The notes under the pieces: model-generated
The model's input: the letters and a program-made list of their open reading frames with translations, nothing else
Told to the model about the DNA's origin: nothing
Databases searched by the model: none
DNA from: Eledone cirrhosa
Taxonomy: Eukaryota
Reading direction: 5' to 3'
Length of the DNA stretch: 64,000 bases
Assembly: GCA_964016885.1 (NCBI GenBank)
Contig: OZ024742.1
Span: 142,724,001 to 142,788,000 of the forward strand
Shown: positions 14,481 to 25,748 of the stretch, one piece after another
How positions within the stretch are numbered: the first letter of the stretch is position 1
Layout of the letters: each line of letters starts with the position of its first letter
Program-made: the position numbers and the translations under genes

Positions 14481-14615
14481 AGCACTCACTGTAAATGAGG
14501 TTGGTGTTAGGAAGGGCATCCAGCTGTAGAAATCAAGCCAGAATCAGTTCCCGTCCCACCCTTGCAAGCAGGGAAAAGCGGACGTAAAATGAAATGATGA
14601 AATGATGATGATGAT
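14481..14615 (+). mobile_element. Short RTE-type 3' tail insertion ending in (ATG)n
   Basis: ggttggtgttaggaagggcatccagctgtagaa...cccttgcaagcagggaaaagcggacgtaaaatga. Nearly identical inverted copy at 32944-33080. Confidence 0.85.
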
Positions 14616-14630
14616 ATATATATATATATA

Positions 14631-15801
14631 TCATCATCATCATCATCATCATTTTACATCCGCTTTTCCCTGCGTGCAAGGGTGGGATGGGTCTTATTCA
14701 GCACAGCATCTCTCCACTCGTCACGGTCCCTCGTCATCTCCGCCGTGAGCTTCAATGATCTGAGGTCTGTTGTCACCACCTCCGCCCATGTTTTTCGTAG
14801 TCTACCTCTACCACGTCTTCCTTCAACTGGCATTTCCTGGCACTTCTTCACCCATCGGTCATCCTCCATGCGCATCACATGTCCATACCACCTCAGTCTC
14901 CTCTCCCGTACACTACATTCTATCCCTCTCAGACACAGTTTCTCTCTCAACACATTTATGCTGGGTCGTTCACGCACATTTACACTGCACATCCAACGGA
15001 GCATGCTTGCCTCATTTCTCTCCAGCCGTCGCATATCCTCTGCAGTTGCTGCCCATGTCTCACTACCATGCAGCATCGCGCTCCTCACACAGGCATCATA
15101 CAACCGGCCTTTCGTACGCAGGAAGAAACCCTTCTTCGTCAACAGAGGAAGCAGCTCCCTAAACTTCTTCCAACCCGTCCTTATTCTAGATACTATGGCC
15201 TCGGAACACCCTCCTCCCATGCTAATCTGATCTCCTAGGTACCGGAAGCTATCCACCACTTCTATAGCGCCCTCTCGCATTTGAAAAATGTGTCTATCAG
15301 TGCGACTTCTACTGTCTAATTTCCCTGTACATCTACTGCATACATATTTCTCCCTACCTGTTAGTTTGCCTGCTATCCCGCTACATCTCTTGTGTACCCA
15401 GGACCCGCATTGTGTGCATTTTATAGAATTTATGCCAGTTCCTTTTCTGCATATCGAACATGGCCATTTCCCTGACGGAATCAGGGTTTTGTCCTCTTTT
15501 CTACTCATCAACACTTTTGTCTTAGCTAGATTTACTCTCAGTCCTCTTGCTTCCAACTGCTGTTTCCATAGCCAGAATTTATTCTCTAGCTGCTCTACTG
15601 ATTCTGCTATAAGAGCCAGATCGTCAGCATAGAGAAGTTCCCATGGACAGCCAGTCTTAAACTCCTCTGTTATGGCTTGGAGGACTATAATGAACAAGAG
15701 CGGGCTGAGGACCGAACCCTGATGTACTCCTACTTGTATCTGGAATTCCTCACTAAACTCCATTCCTACCCTTACTTTACTGAGAGTACCTCTGTACAAA
15801 G
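14631..15801 (-). mobile_element. 5'-truncated young RTE-clade LINE; uninterrupted 381-aa ORF 14654-15799 (RT, PHD-like finger, thumb)
   Basis: GVHQGSVLSPLLF, LLYADD, FRYLG, YDACVRSAMLHGSETW, RRLRWYGHV, RGR.RKTW motifs; (TGA)n tail; (TA)n on both flanks. Confidence 0.96.
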
Positions 15802-16998
15802 TTATATATATATATATAAAACCAACGCATAAGTTGGAAAATTATTTTTTATAATGTATGTGGTGCTAGTCATGTTTTTTTTTTCAGAAATTTTTTAGCT
15901 GAATGCCCATCCTATGACCAACCACTATACAGCATGGACTGGGTGCATTTTATCATGCTGCCAGCACCAAAGAGGCTGTCTGTCATGACTGAAGAGTCCT
16001 CTTTGTCCTGTATCATTTTTAATTTGGTGTAACTGTTCTCCTAAATGGGTTGCCTTCACTTTGGCTAATGGAGTACCCGTCTACCTCATGCAGTCTTATT
16101 TATTCAGAGTGACTGCTCTTTTAAACGAGTTACTTTCCCTACAGCTTACACAAAAGTAGACATGGACTCGGTACAGTTATATTTCTTTTGAATTGTTGCT
16201 CTCCTAGAATGCTGATTTCTCACATGAATGAAAGCATTTTAGAACACACACACACACACACACACACACCCCTGCTCTTTTGTTTTTTTTTCTTAAATTT
16301 GTGTTCCATGAATTCTAAATATAAATTTTTGAACATTTTTGACAAAAATGCTGCACTGTCAGACAAAAAGGCTGCATGATTATTATAATCTGATGTCAAC
16401 ACACTACACAAGGATACAGTGTACTTATTCTAAAACCTGGGATATACATGAGAACACTAGGTTTAGTAAAATCACAAGAATGGTCATAGGCCTGTTCAGC
16501 CAAAGCTGACCTGGGGCTAAACAACGATGACTAATACACAGATATACAGTTATGAGTCCGACTAATGCAACCATCCCATTCATTTTCTACATACAACAAA
16601 TACTCATCCACTCTCTTAGACTAATATCTCTGCTACAACCTAATACTAATTCTTAACATCCTGTAATGATTTAGCAGAGAATGTTAAAAAAGACAGGTTT
16701 GTTAATTCAAATGTTTATAGTATCGTTACTGGTAGAAAGAAAATTGTTGTGAAATTTGCAATACTAAAGTAAGGACTTTAATTTTAATATGAAGTAGTCA
16801 TAGTATTATTTTATACTTTTAAAAAATGTATTGCTAATGCAGTTTCATGAGGTAGAGGATGTTAAGAGTCACCTAGTTTCTTATATGAATATCTCTGCTA
16901 CCTCCCTTGCTACTACCACCACTGTGTTGTCCACAATCTGCTAGAAATAGCAGCAAAATCTTCTCCAAATCACAAACTGCTGTCTTCTAGAATTTTAA

Positions 16999-17226
16999 CC
17001 CTTTTGATATCAGACTGCCTAAAACTACCCCCCAGATCTAGGATACAAAATTGTACATTTTAAAATGTTTATATTTATCTAAAAATCTGCCATCATAATT
17101 TTATGTAAGAACCTTTAAGTTATGCTCCCAAAGACCAGCTTAGGAATGAGTAAGTTAATTACTAAATCACTCTAAATTTTTTATATTTAAGCAGTGTCTT
17201 TCATTAGAAACGTGGTAATGAAAGGG
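16999..17226 (+). mobile_element. piggyBac-type MITE
   Basis: TTAA|CCCTTT ... AAAGGG|TTAA; interior shared with copies at 38432, 43466, 44394, ~51830, ~52100, ~62500, ~62710 and ~20880. Confidence 0.85.
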
Positions 17227-18714
17227 TTAAATGTACCAGATACACTGGAGTAATTGGCAGATAATGAAACCGAGGGCTGCTTGAGTGGCTTGCTTGAAGT
17301 AATTGTAGGTTCTGTTTAAGAAAATGATATAAGTAATGCTGAAGGTAAATCTAATGGCAGTATAGTTGCCAAAGTACAAAACAGTGTAGAAGAAATTCAG
17401 AAAACAGTTACTTGTATTTGCAATAAAAAATGTTTTCTTTTATACGAAATTAGACTATGTGAAGTGTGTAAAAAAATGTTGTTACTATTGTTGTTGTTGC
17501 TTGACCTTTGATCAAATCATCTTTCTCTTGAGCATTATATATATAGAGAGAGTAGTAATGGTGAACCTTTACAGCCCAGCTTGTCAAAATTTTACCATAT
17601 ACACTGTAAATGTGATTGACGTTAAGAAGGGCATCCAGCCGTAAAAACCAAACCAAAATCAGCCCTGCATGAGCAAAACACGGTCTTCCGACCAGATCTC
17701 TCACAAAGGGAAAGACCGTCCTACCCATGCTAGCGTGGAAAATAGACGTTTAACTATGATGGTGATGACGATATTCACAAATATAAGCTGAACCAAATGT
17801 AACCCCAACCCCTATTTCATGTCTGAGAAATAGACAGGAATCTAAACCTTATTTATAAGTTGATGCCGGTAATCAACACATTATGTTTAGATGGTCCGGT
17901 TTTGAAATTCTCATGAAGTTTTAATATTTTAATATTTAAAACGTTTGAAGTGTCGTTTAGAATACAGTTTTTGTTTCACAATTCCATTATGTAATGATTT
18001 TTTACCAAATTCTGATTGTTTTAAATGCCATATTCATTCAAAGCCTATCAAAAACAATAGGGAATACGAATTTCATGCCGAAAGTGAAACCGGTGTAATA
18101 TTCACTTCCAAAGTGAAAATATTTTAGCACATCATTTATGTAGCATTTTGAAATTTGTGAAAATTGGCAAAATATTAACCTCAAATATAAGTTGACCCCA
18201 ATTTTACCATCGATTTTTTTTGTCACATATTTCTTGGCTTATATACAGTAATTTTTTTTAATATTCCTGTTATTGGAGTGTCACTTAAATGTCATCATCG
18301 TCATTTTACATCCACTTTTCCATGTTGGCATAGATTGAACAGGTCATTACTGAACAAGTCAGTACTTTCTCAGAACCACTTTTCCTAGAGAGATGAAGGA
18401 ACCACATCTTGGAGACAGTAGCTCTGGCCCCTACCTCTCGCTCAATATGTTCCTTTTTGAGTGAGATGTACTTCCCTATCTAGGAGGACACTAGCTCCAA
18501 TGAAGTTCCAGCATGTTCTGCAACAACCCGTTAAACCCATGCCTGCATGGAAAAGCAGACGTAAAATGTATACATGCATGTTTTAGGCAAATGCTTAAAG
18601 ATAAGTGGTCTATTTTTTCTAGAATACTTATAAACCTAGGAGTTTTTACAAAATATAATTTAAAATTTCAAAATATACTTATAAAATTAAGATGATAAAC
18701 AGCAGGCATTATAA

Positions 18715-18905
18715 GGGCGGTGGATTGGCAGTATCGGTATAGGGTCGGACGCCATGCTTTGACGCATAGAGTTACGTCCCTTTACAGTCCGAGTTCAAAT
18801 CCCGCCGAGTTTAACTTTGCCTTTCATCCCTACGGGGTTGATAAAATAAAGTACCAGTAATGCACTGGGTAATTGCTGGCCTTGTGCCAAAAGTAGAAGC
18901 AATTA
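18715..18905 (+). mobile_element. tRNA-derived SINE family A, young full-length copy
   Basis: Near-identical to 3168-3358; flanked by attataa on both sides. Confidence 0.9.
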
Positions 18906-19789
18906 TAAAGTTATTCCTACTAGAACAGGATTTAGCTCTGCAGTCCCCATGACAAGCCTCTCTATCAGCTACTCGCCCTTCACCAACTTACATTTCCTCC
19001 TCCATCATTTTTAGCTATGTCTTTCATGGTCTTCCGTTTCCTCTATTCCCTTCCACATTCATTTCCATCACCCCTCTGAACCAGTCATCTTCATCCTTTC
19101 TCAACATATGATCCAACTATCTTATTCCATTTCTCTTCACAAAATTCATCAGCCTCTATTCCTTTTTCATCCTACCTCAACACAGGGCTTAGTCATCTCA
19201 TTCATAAAACTAGGGTGATAAAATGGAATTTTGAAAAAACCTACCTTACTGTTGGCGAGTTTTTCAAAGTTCATCGCGTGTCATCTAAAAGAACTACAGA
19301 ATGTCACTGCTGACATGCATATCATAGATTTGCTATAATTGATTGAGGACTACATTATCCAATGACAGAAGGGTTGAATTCATGCAAGACTTGGTTACTA
19401 TTTTTAGCAGTATCAGTGACCACCTAGAGACTTGCTCGTCGGCTTCTGTGAAAGAAATGTAAAGTTGTATGGTTGTTAGTGGAACATGATAAAATAGGAT
19501 TTCATAAAGAATATTATACCTGACTGGACTGAATAAGGAGAGTTGCTGTATTGTACCAAGCGAACACATTGCAAGTATAGAAAAATATAATTGATTGTCA
19601 TTGTTACCACCAACAACACCGCCATCATCATTATGGTGCAGAAGGTGTAGTTATTGTTGTTGTAGTGGTGGTGGTGGTGGTAGTGATAGTAGTGAGGAGG
19701 ATGAAGAGGAACTAAAATTATGTCTTGCTTAAGGGTGTTGGATTGGTAGAAACGGTAGAGTGCAGGACAAAAAAACCTTGTGTTATTTT

Positions 19790-20100
19790 GTTAACAGTCT
19801 TGTATTATTTAGTTAATAAGCCTTGCAATATTTAGTTTAATGGGCTTGTGACATTTAGTTAATGGCCTTGTGATATTTAGTTAATGGTCTTGTGGTACTT
19901 AGTTAATGGCCTTGTAATATTTAGTTAACAACCTTATAGTATCTAGCTAACAATTTTGCAATATTTAGTTAATGGCCTTGTGGTATTTAATTAATGGCTT
20001 TGTAGTATTGAATTAATGGCTTTGTGTTATTTAGTTAATGGCCTTGTGGTGGCTTTGCTTTTATTTAGATGATGACCTTGTGTATTTAATTAAAGGCCTA
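19790..20100 (+). repeat. Minisatellite, ~22-bp unit (atttagttaatggccttgtggt)
   Basis: Directly visible; follows a SINE-A head at ~19733-19790. Confidence 0.88.
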
Positions 20101-20299
20101 TAAACAGGTGTCCGACCTTTAGTTGCAGCCGTTGCACTATCATTCACATCTGTGACAATGAAATATCATCATTTCCACTTTATTCTCTTGTAATGGTACA
20201 GGAACAGTCATAATACTCTGGTACCCCACTGAGACGCCAGTTGATCAAAGATATAATCTTCATCAATCACTAATAGACAAACATGACTAGATTGAGATC

Positions 20300-20880
20300 A
20301 TCATCATCATCAACATCATTTTTATGTCCATTTTCTCATGGTTAAACGATTTAGATAAAGTTTTCTTCAGTACAGCATCCCTCCACTTGTTTCTTTCCTT
20401 TCCCTCAGGATTTTGAGATCGGTTTTCACCACCACTGCTCAAATTTTTCTTGGTCTTCCTCTTCCATAGCTTCCTTCTACTTTCCACTCCTAGCACTTTA
20501 CCCAATTATTATCTAAATGCATCAGATGTCAATACCAGCACAATCTTCACTCTTGTACACAATATCTGATTCCTCTTAGGCCCAGTTTTTCCTTCAACTT
20601 ATCTGTGCTTCATAATTCAGTCGCACTAATATAACCCAATACCAGCACAATCTTCACTCTTGTACACAATATCTGATTCCTCTTAAGCCCAGTTTTTCCT
20701 TCAACTTATCTGTGCTTCATGATTCAGTCGCACTAATATAACCCAATACCAGCACAATCTTCACTCTTGTACACAATATCTGATTCCTCTTAAGCCCAGT
20801 TTTTCCTTCAACTTATCTGTGCTTCATGATTCAGTCATACTAATATAACCCATCCAATGCAGCATGCTAGACTCATTTTA
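20300..20880 (-). mobile_element. Degenerate RTE 3' fragment with an internal 107-bp triplication (20530-20850)
   Basis: WRDAVLKKT..EKMDIK terminus with (TGA)n tail; units start at 20530, 20637 and 20744. Confidence 0.8.
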
Positions 20881-21747
20881 AAGAGTTCATATTTATCTAA
20901 AAACCTTCCATCATAATTTTATATAAGGATCTTATGTTCAAAACACCAACTTAATAGTGAGAAAGTTAGTTATTTTAGTAATTTTTTCCAAATTCTTGAT
21001 TATTTTCAAAATAATTTGACAATCGTAGGCAGTGTTTTTCACTAGAAGTATGGTAACGAAAAGTTTAAATGTTCTGGATGAAATTTCCAAATTTCGAAAA
21101 GTTTGTACTTGTTTGGCAAGTGACTTGATATGAAACCGTGTGTTGAAACAAAACAAAAAAAAACACAAACACTGTTAAATTCACTTTACATTTATAATTT
21201 ATTTCCTGGTGTGAAAATTTTCATCGCATTTTTTGCGACCTGGTCACTGACACTGTTCTACAATCTTGACATTTAGGGAGAGAAAAAAAGAAATGAAATG
21301 ATAAATATGAAACGAATTTAACCGTGTGTGATTCTTCCATGATATAGCGATATAGTCACTTTAAATGCGCTATACTGACGTCGACTAACGAATGTTTATC
21401 TTAAATACCTACTCGCCTACAAAGATTGTTTAATGCTCGATATTATCTTTAAATAATTCAGTTAACCTTAACTACTCCACACAAGAACTTAAATATCTCT
21501 TCAGTGACCTTAACTATTCACAGGCAACAGTAGATTGTAGATGTGAAGAAGTAAACATTGGAAAGAGTGTATTATATGTGAATGACGTTGACGAGAGTAA
21601 AGTGCTGAGTGAACTGACGAAAATAAGTAGAGAAAAGTTATAAAGAAAGAGAAGATATAAGAAGAGGAAGAACAGTGTAGAGGTTATAAACTATGGAAGA
21701 AGGTTAAAATAGAAGTAAAGGGAGTGGAAAGGTAGTATTATCTAAAA

Positions 21748-22188
21748 CATCCTCACCGATTTCAGTATGAATTTTTTTTTTCAGTTATTTTTGTGAGCTA
21801 TCAATTAAACTTGCCTAATATGGTGCAAAGGACTTTTGCCCTGGAGAAGGGAGAGAGGGAACTCTCGGACTTTTCACATACACCCCTCCTACGGGTTGGG
21901 TTGGTGTTAGGGATACGGTGTACAGAAAACTTTTCCGAGGGGAGGGGCGAGTCCTTTGCAGCATGTTTGGAGGTACGTTTAATTGATAGCACACGAAAAA
22001 AAAACGAGAGAGAGAAAAACAATTATTTCCCACTGAAATCAGGGATTGGGTGAAAAGTTCGAGGGTCCTCAACCCCTTCCTTTTTAGGGGAAAAGAGTCC
22101 TTTGCGCCATATTGGGAGGTTGGTTCAATTGAGAGCACACGAAAAACTGAAAAAAATTAATGATTTCCCACTGAAATCGATAAGGGTG
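21748..22188. mobile_element. Non-autonomous fold-back element with ~100-bp imperfect TIRs and an internal extra copy of the right arm
   Basis: catcctcaccgatttcagt...ctatcaattaaac...tgcaaaggact mirrors agtcctttgc...aattgagagcacac...actgaaatcgataagggtg; right arm repeated at ~21940-22040. Confidence 0.7.
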
Positions 22189-22544
22189 GCTTTCTATAAA
22201 TTTATCGAGGAAAGAAGACAGAACTATAAGTTTAGAGAACGCGTAGGTGATAGGGAGGGAATGAGAGATGCGGAAAGAAAATAACGAAAATTACATGGAA
22301 GAGAGGATTAGATGGATAAAATGATATATTTTATTTTAAAAGTGCAGGTATGGCCGAACGGTTAAAAAAAATCACGTCGCAAATACGATTTTTATACGTT
22401 GTTCGACACCTTGGGTAAGTGTCTAAACACAAATGTTATGGCTGTCAAAATTCAACACATAGACAGGTACATCTCTATTACTTAATTACATTTTACTAGA
22501 AAATATAGAATCAAAATGAAAGAAAATATTAAGTCAACACTTAA

Positions 22545-22740
22545 GTATGTCAATCAGTCACACTACAAGGGATGCCGGAGCCTCCCTCTAATACTTTCTG
22601 AGGTAAGGCCAACATACTAACAGCGTTGCTGCAGGTGATAACGAGGCTAAGGCGCTGGAACAACCAAGCACCTTCTTGCGCATCACTTGATACCTCGGTA
22701 AGGTAAGCCGCTAACGATGAGAAGAGATTCGTTGTCAACA
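22545..22740 (-). mobile_element. 3' fragment of a CRE-clade (restriction-like endonuclease) non-LTR retrotransposon
   Basis: LTEVSSDAQEGAWLFQRLSLVITCSNAVSML resembles the CRE C-terminal motif TGD.R.G.FL.QRLS.AI.RGNA.S.L. Confidence 0.65.
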
Positions 22741-24102
22741 ACCCATTTCCTCCAAAACGTCTCTTCCGCCACAGGCTGGAAAAGCTTTGGATCGACCCAA
22801 ACCTTACAAAACGAAAGCTGCGCGAAATCCTGTCGGATGGACTGCACCTATACCTCAAAGGCCTGGTCTTGTTACACACCGTGATACGTTCATTCTGTTT
22901 AAAGATTACGTTAAGACAGAAGTTCTCAGTCTTTTTCGGATAAGTTTATATCGTGGTAACTTTTCGAAAGAAAATTTACCCCCAATGTTTTGTTCAGTAA
23001 TTTCAGCAACCGACAAAGAGGAAATTTGAAATACTCTTTTTTAACAAAACTATTTTAGGTTCAGGCGGCGATTTGGTAGTCATTAGAATGTCAGATGGAA
23101 TGATTTGCGGTATTAGCCGAGGACAATTTTGCCTTTCATCCTAACGAGATCGATAAAAAAAATACCTGTCGAATACTGAGGTCAATCCCTCTTCTATATC
23201 TGTTTCACTTCTCTAGCTCTTTCTCCCAGGTAGATATCGGCTGTGTTTGGGCCTGGAAAGTGGTAGGCTCGGCCAGGTTTTAAATGCCCAAGATGTTGGT
23301 TGATACAGTGCCCCTTCGATTCCATTTTAAGTTCAAATAACAACATTTGCACAAAACGTTATTTCACTTACTTATGAACAGCTAATAATAAACGGATATT
23401 TATACTAAGATTATTGTAACCGGTCATTGATAAAGTGCGGGTGTTTGTCTATTTTATCGTCTTCCATTCGCGGCAATGCTGTGTGTTGTCTTGCTTGAAA
23501 AGTTATTAGAAGGAAACCCCAGCGCCCTTTTGACATGGCATTAAGTGTGCGTGTCTAGTTACTTAATGGTAATAAAAGTGTTCGTTTTAAAAATAACTAA
23601 ATTATAAAACTTGATTGTGTGTATGTGTGTGAGTGTGTCGACAATGAAATTTAAATATAGGTTAAAAAGTATAAAATACAAATCGTTAAGTCCAAGACTG
23701 TAGAAAGGAAATAAATTAGTATATTGATAAACAAAGTAGGCCTACTTCAATTTTTCTTCTCAAGTTCAGATTGTTTTAATTAAATTGAAGAAATAGGTAC
23801 ATATCCAGAATCAGTTAATTTACCTCCTGAATAGGCAGAATTTACTCTGTATGAATTAATTTACCCGCGGTTGGGAACCCCTGCGTTGAAGGGTACAAAT
23901 GTCTGTGAAATAGATTTGTCATTTACACTATAACTCCATTAGAAGGTCAATTCCGTAGATTAAAAGAAATTGAAACACTCATCGGCGAAATGGACGCCAG
24001 ATCGATCACTGTGTTAATAGTCGAAGAGGAGACAACTCAGTACTGTGGCTAGTAGTGCGAGTTAAAATGGGAGAGAGAGGTCTAAGGGAGATAATTATGT
24101 AG

Positions 24103-24283
24103 TTTTTTTTTTAATATAGATATTTATTGAAAAATGAATAATTTCATAGTAAGAAAAGAATAATACAGAGTGAAGAGAAGAGAAATGCAGATTCTACAAC
24201 TCTGTCTAGGCGATATATTTCAACTGTGTCCCGAGGGCAAAACCTTGCCGCAGAGAACAGCCAACGACGCCCACTAAATCAGT
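24103..24283 (-). mobile_element. Short polyadenylated retrocopy or LINE 3' end
   Basis: Minus-strand AATAAA followed by an A10 tail; attatgta repeated on both flanks (putative TSD). Confidence 0.5.
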
Positions 24284-24924
24284 ATTATGTAAATTGCTTT
24301 GAAATATATCTTCATATATTGTAATACATCTATGCCTTTCACTAATAAATAGTTAACTTTAAAAACTTGATTCCGTGGAATGATACGTGATTTCCCCCTC
24401 ACAGCCCCGGCGGACAGAATGGAGAAGGCGTTTCATATATTTACTAGCAGAGATACCCAGTCATGCATGGATATTGTATCAAAGTAGAATAAGACATATG
24501 GATATGATTTGAAGGAGAATTAGCTACTATTTCTAACATGCCTAGCTCTTACGTGGAGGTTTTGTTTGTTGGTTCACAGACACACACATTGATATATATA
24601 ATAATAATAATAATAAATACAAAGATCAAAATCCAGAGAGGACTCGATAAGGGAGGTTTCAGATGATCCGGCACAGGGTGAAATCAGAAATTATTTGCTT
24701 AAACTTTTGACCTATGCTAATAATAAATGATGTGTGTGTGTGATTTTTCAATGGAGTTTCACTGAAGAAATACATTAGATACTATTGAGCAGTGCGGAAT
24801 GGTGGATTATGAAATAATATAGATTTCACATGCTGATTATGTAACACATTGAAACAGGTATTCAATAAATGATTCATTGAATATGTGCCTTGTTTTTCTA
24901 TTAGGCTGTTTATATATATATATA

Positions 24925-25530
24925 TCATCATCATCATCATCATCATTTTACATCCGCTTTTCCCTGCTTGCAAGGGTGGGACGGGTCTTATTCAGCACAG
25001 CATCTCTCCACTCGTCACGGTCCCTCGTCATCTCCACCGTGAGCTTCAATGATCTGAGGTCTGTTCTCACCACCTCCGCCCATGTTTTTCGTGGTCTACC
25101 TCTACCACGTCTTCCTTCAACTGGCATTTCCTGGCACTTCTTCACCCATCGGTCATCCTCCATGCGCATCACATGTCCATACCACCTCAGTCTCCTCTCC
25201 CGTACACTACATTCTATCCCTCTCAGACACAGTTTCTCTCTCAACACATTTATGCTGGGTCGTTCACGCACATTTACACTGCACATCCAACGGAGCATGC
25301 TTGCCTCATTTCTCTCCAGCCGTCGCATATCTTCTGCGGTTGCTGCCCATGTCTCACTACCATGCAGCATCGCGCTCCTCACACAGGCATCATACAACCG
25401 GCCTTTCGTACGCAGGGAGAAACCCTTCTTCGTCAACAGAGGAAGCAGTTCCCTAAACTTCTTCCAACCCGTCCTTATTCTAGATACTATGGCCTCGGAA
25501 CACCCTCCTCCCATGCTAATCTGATCTCCT
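24925..25530 (-). mobile_element. 5'-truncated RTE LINE, nearly identical to 14631-15240
   Basis: Same peptide with only a few substitutions; (TGA)n tail; (TA)n flanks. Confidence 0.96.
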
Positions 25531-25547
25531 ATATATCTCCTATATCT

Positions 25548-25576
<29 letters not shown>

Positions 25577-25585
<9 letters not shown>

Positions 25586-25748
25586 AAAGTTATATTTAAT
25601 TTGTTAGGATTCAACAACTTAAAAGTTTTATAACTGATATAAAGCACTCAACATATTTACTCCAGTAAACTGTTGAGTGCTTTATATCAGTTATAAAACT
25701 TTTAAGCTTGTTGAATCCCAACAAATTAAATATAACTTTTGCATATAT
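25577..25748. repeat. Fold-back inverted repeat (~75-bp arms, ~19-nt spacer) at the 5' end of the Penelope element
   Basis: atgcaaaagttatatttaatttgtt...aagcactcaac mirrors gttgagtgctt...aacaaattaaatataacttttgcat. Confidence 0.93.

Noticed and set aside
14682-15632. Plus-strand ORFs of 114-182 aa (and equivalents at 24877-25607)
   Set aside because: Antisense shadows of the RTE ORF.
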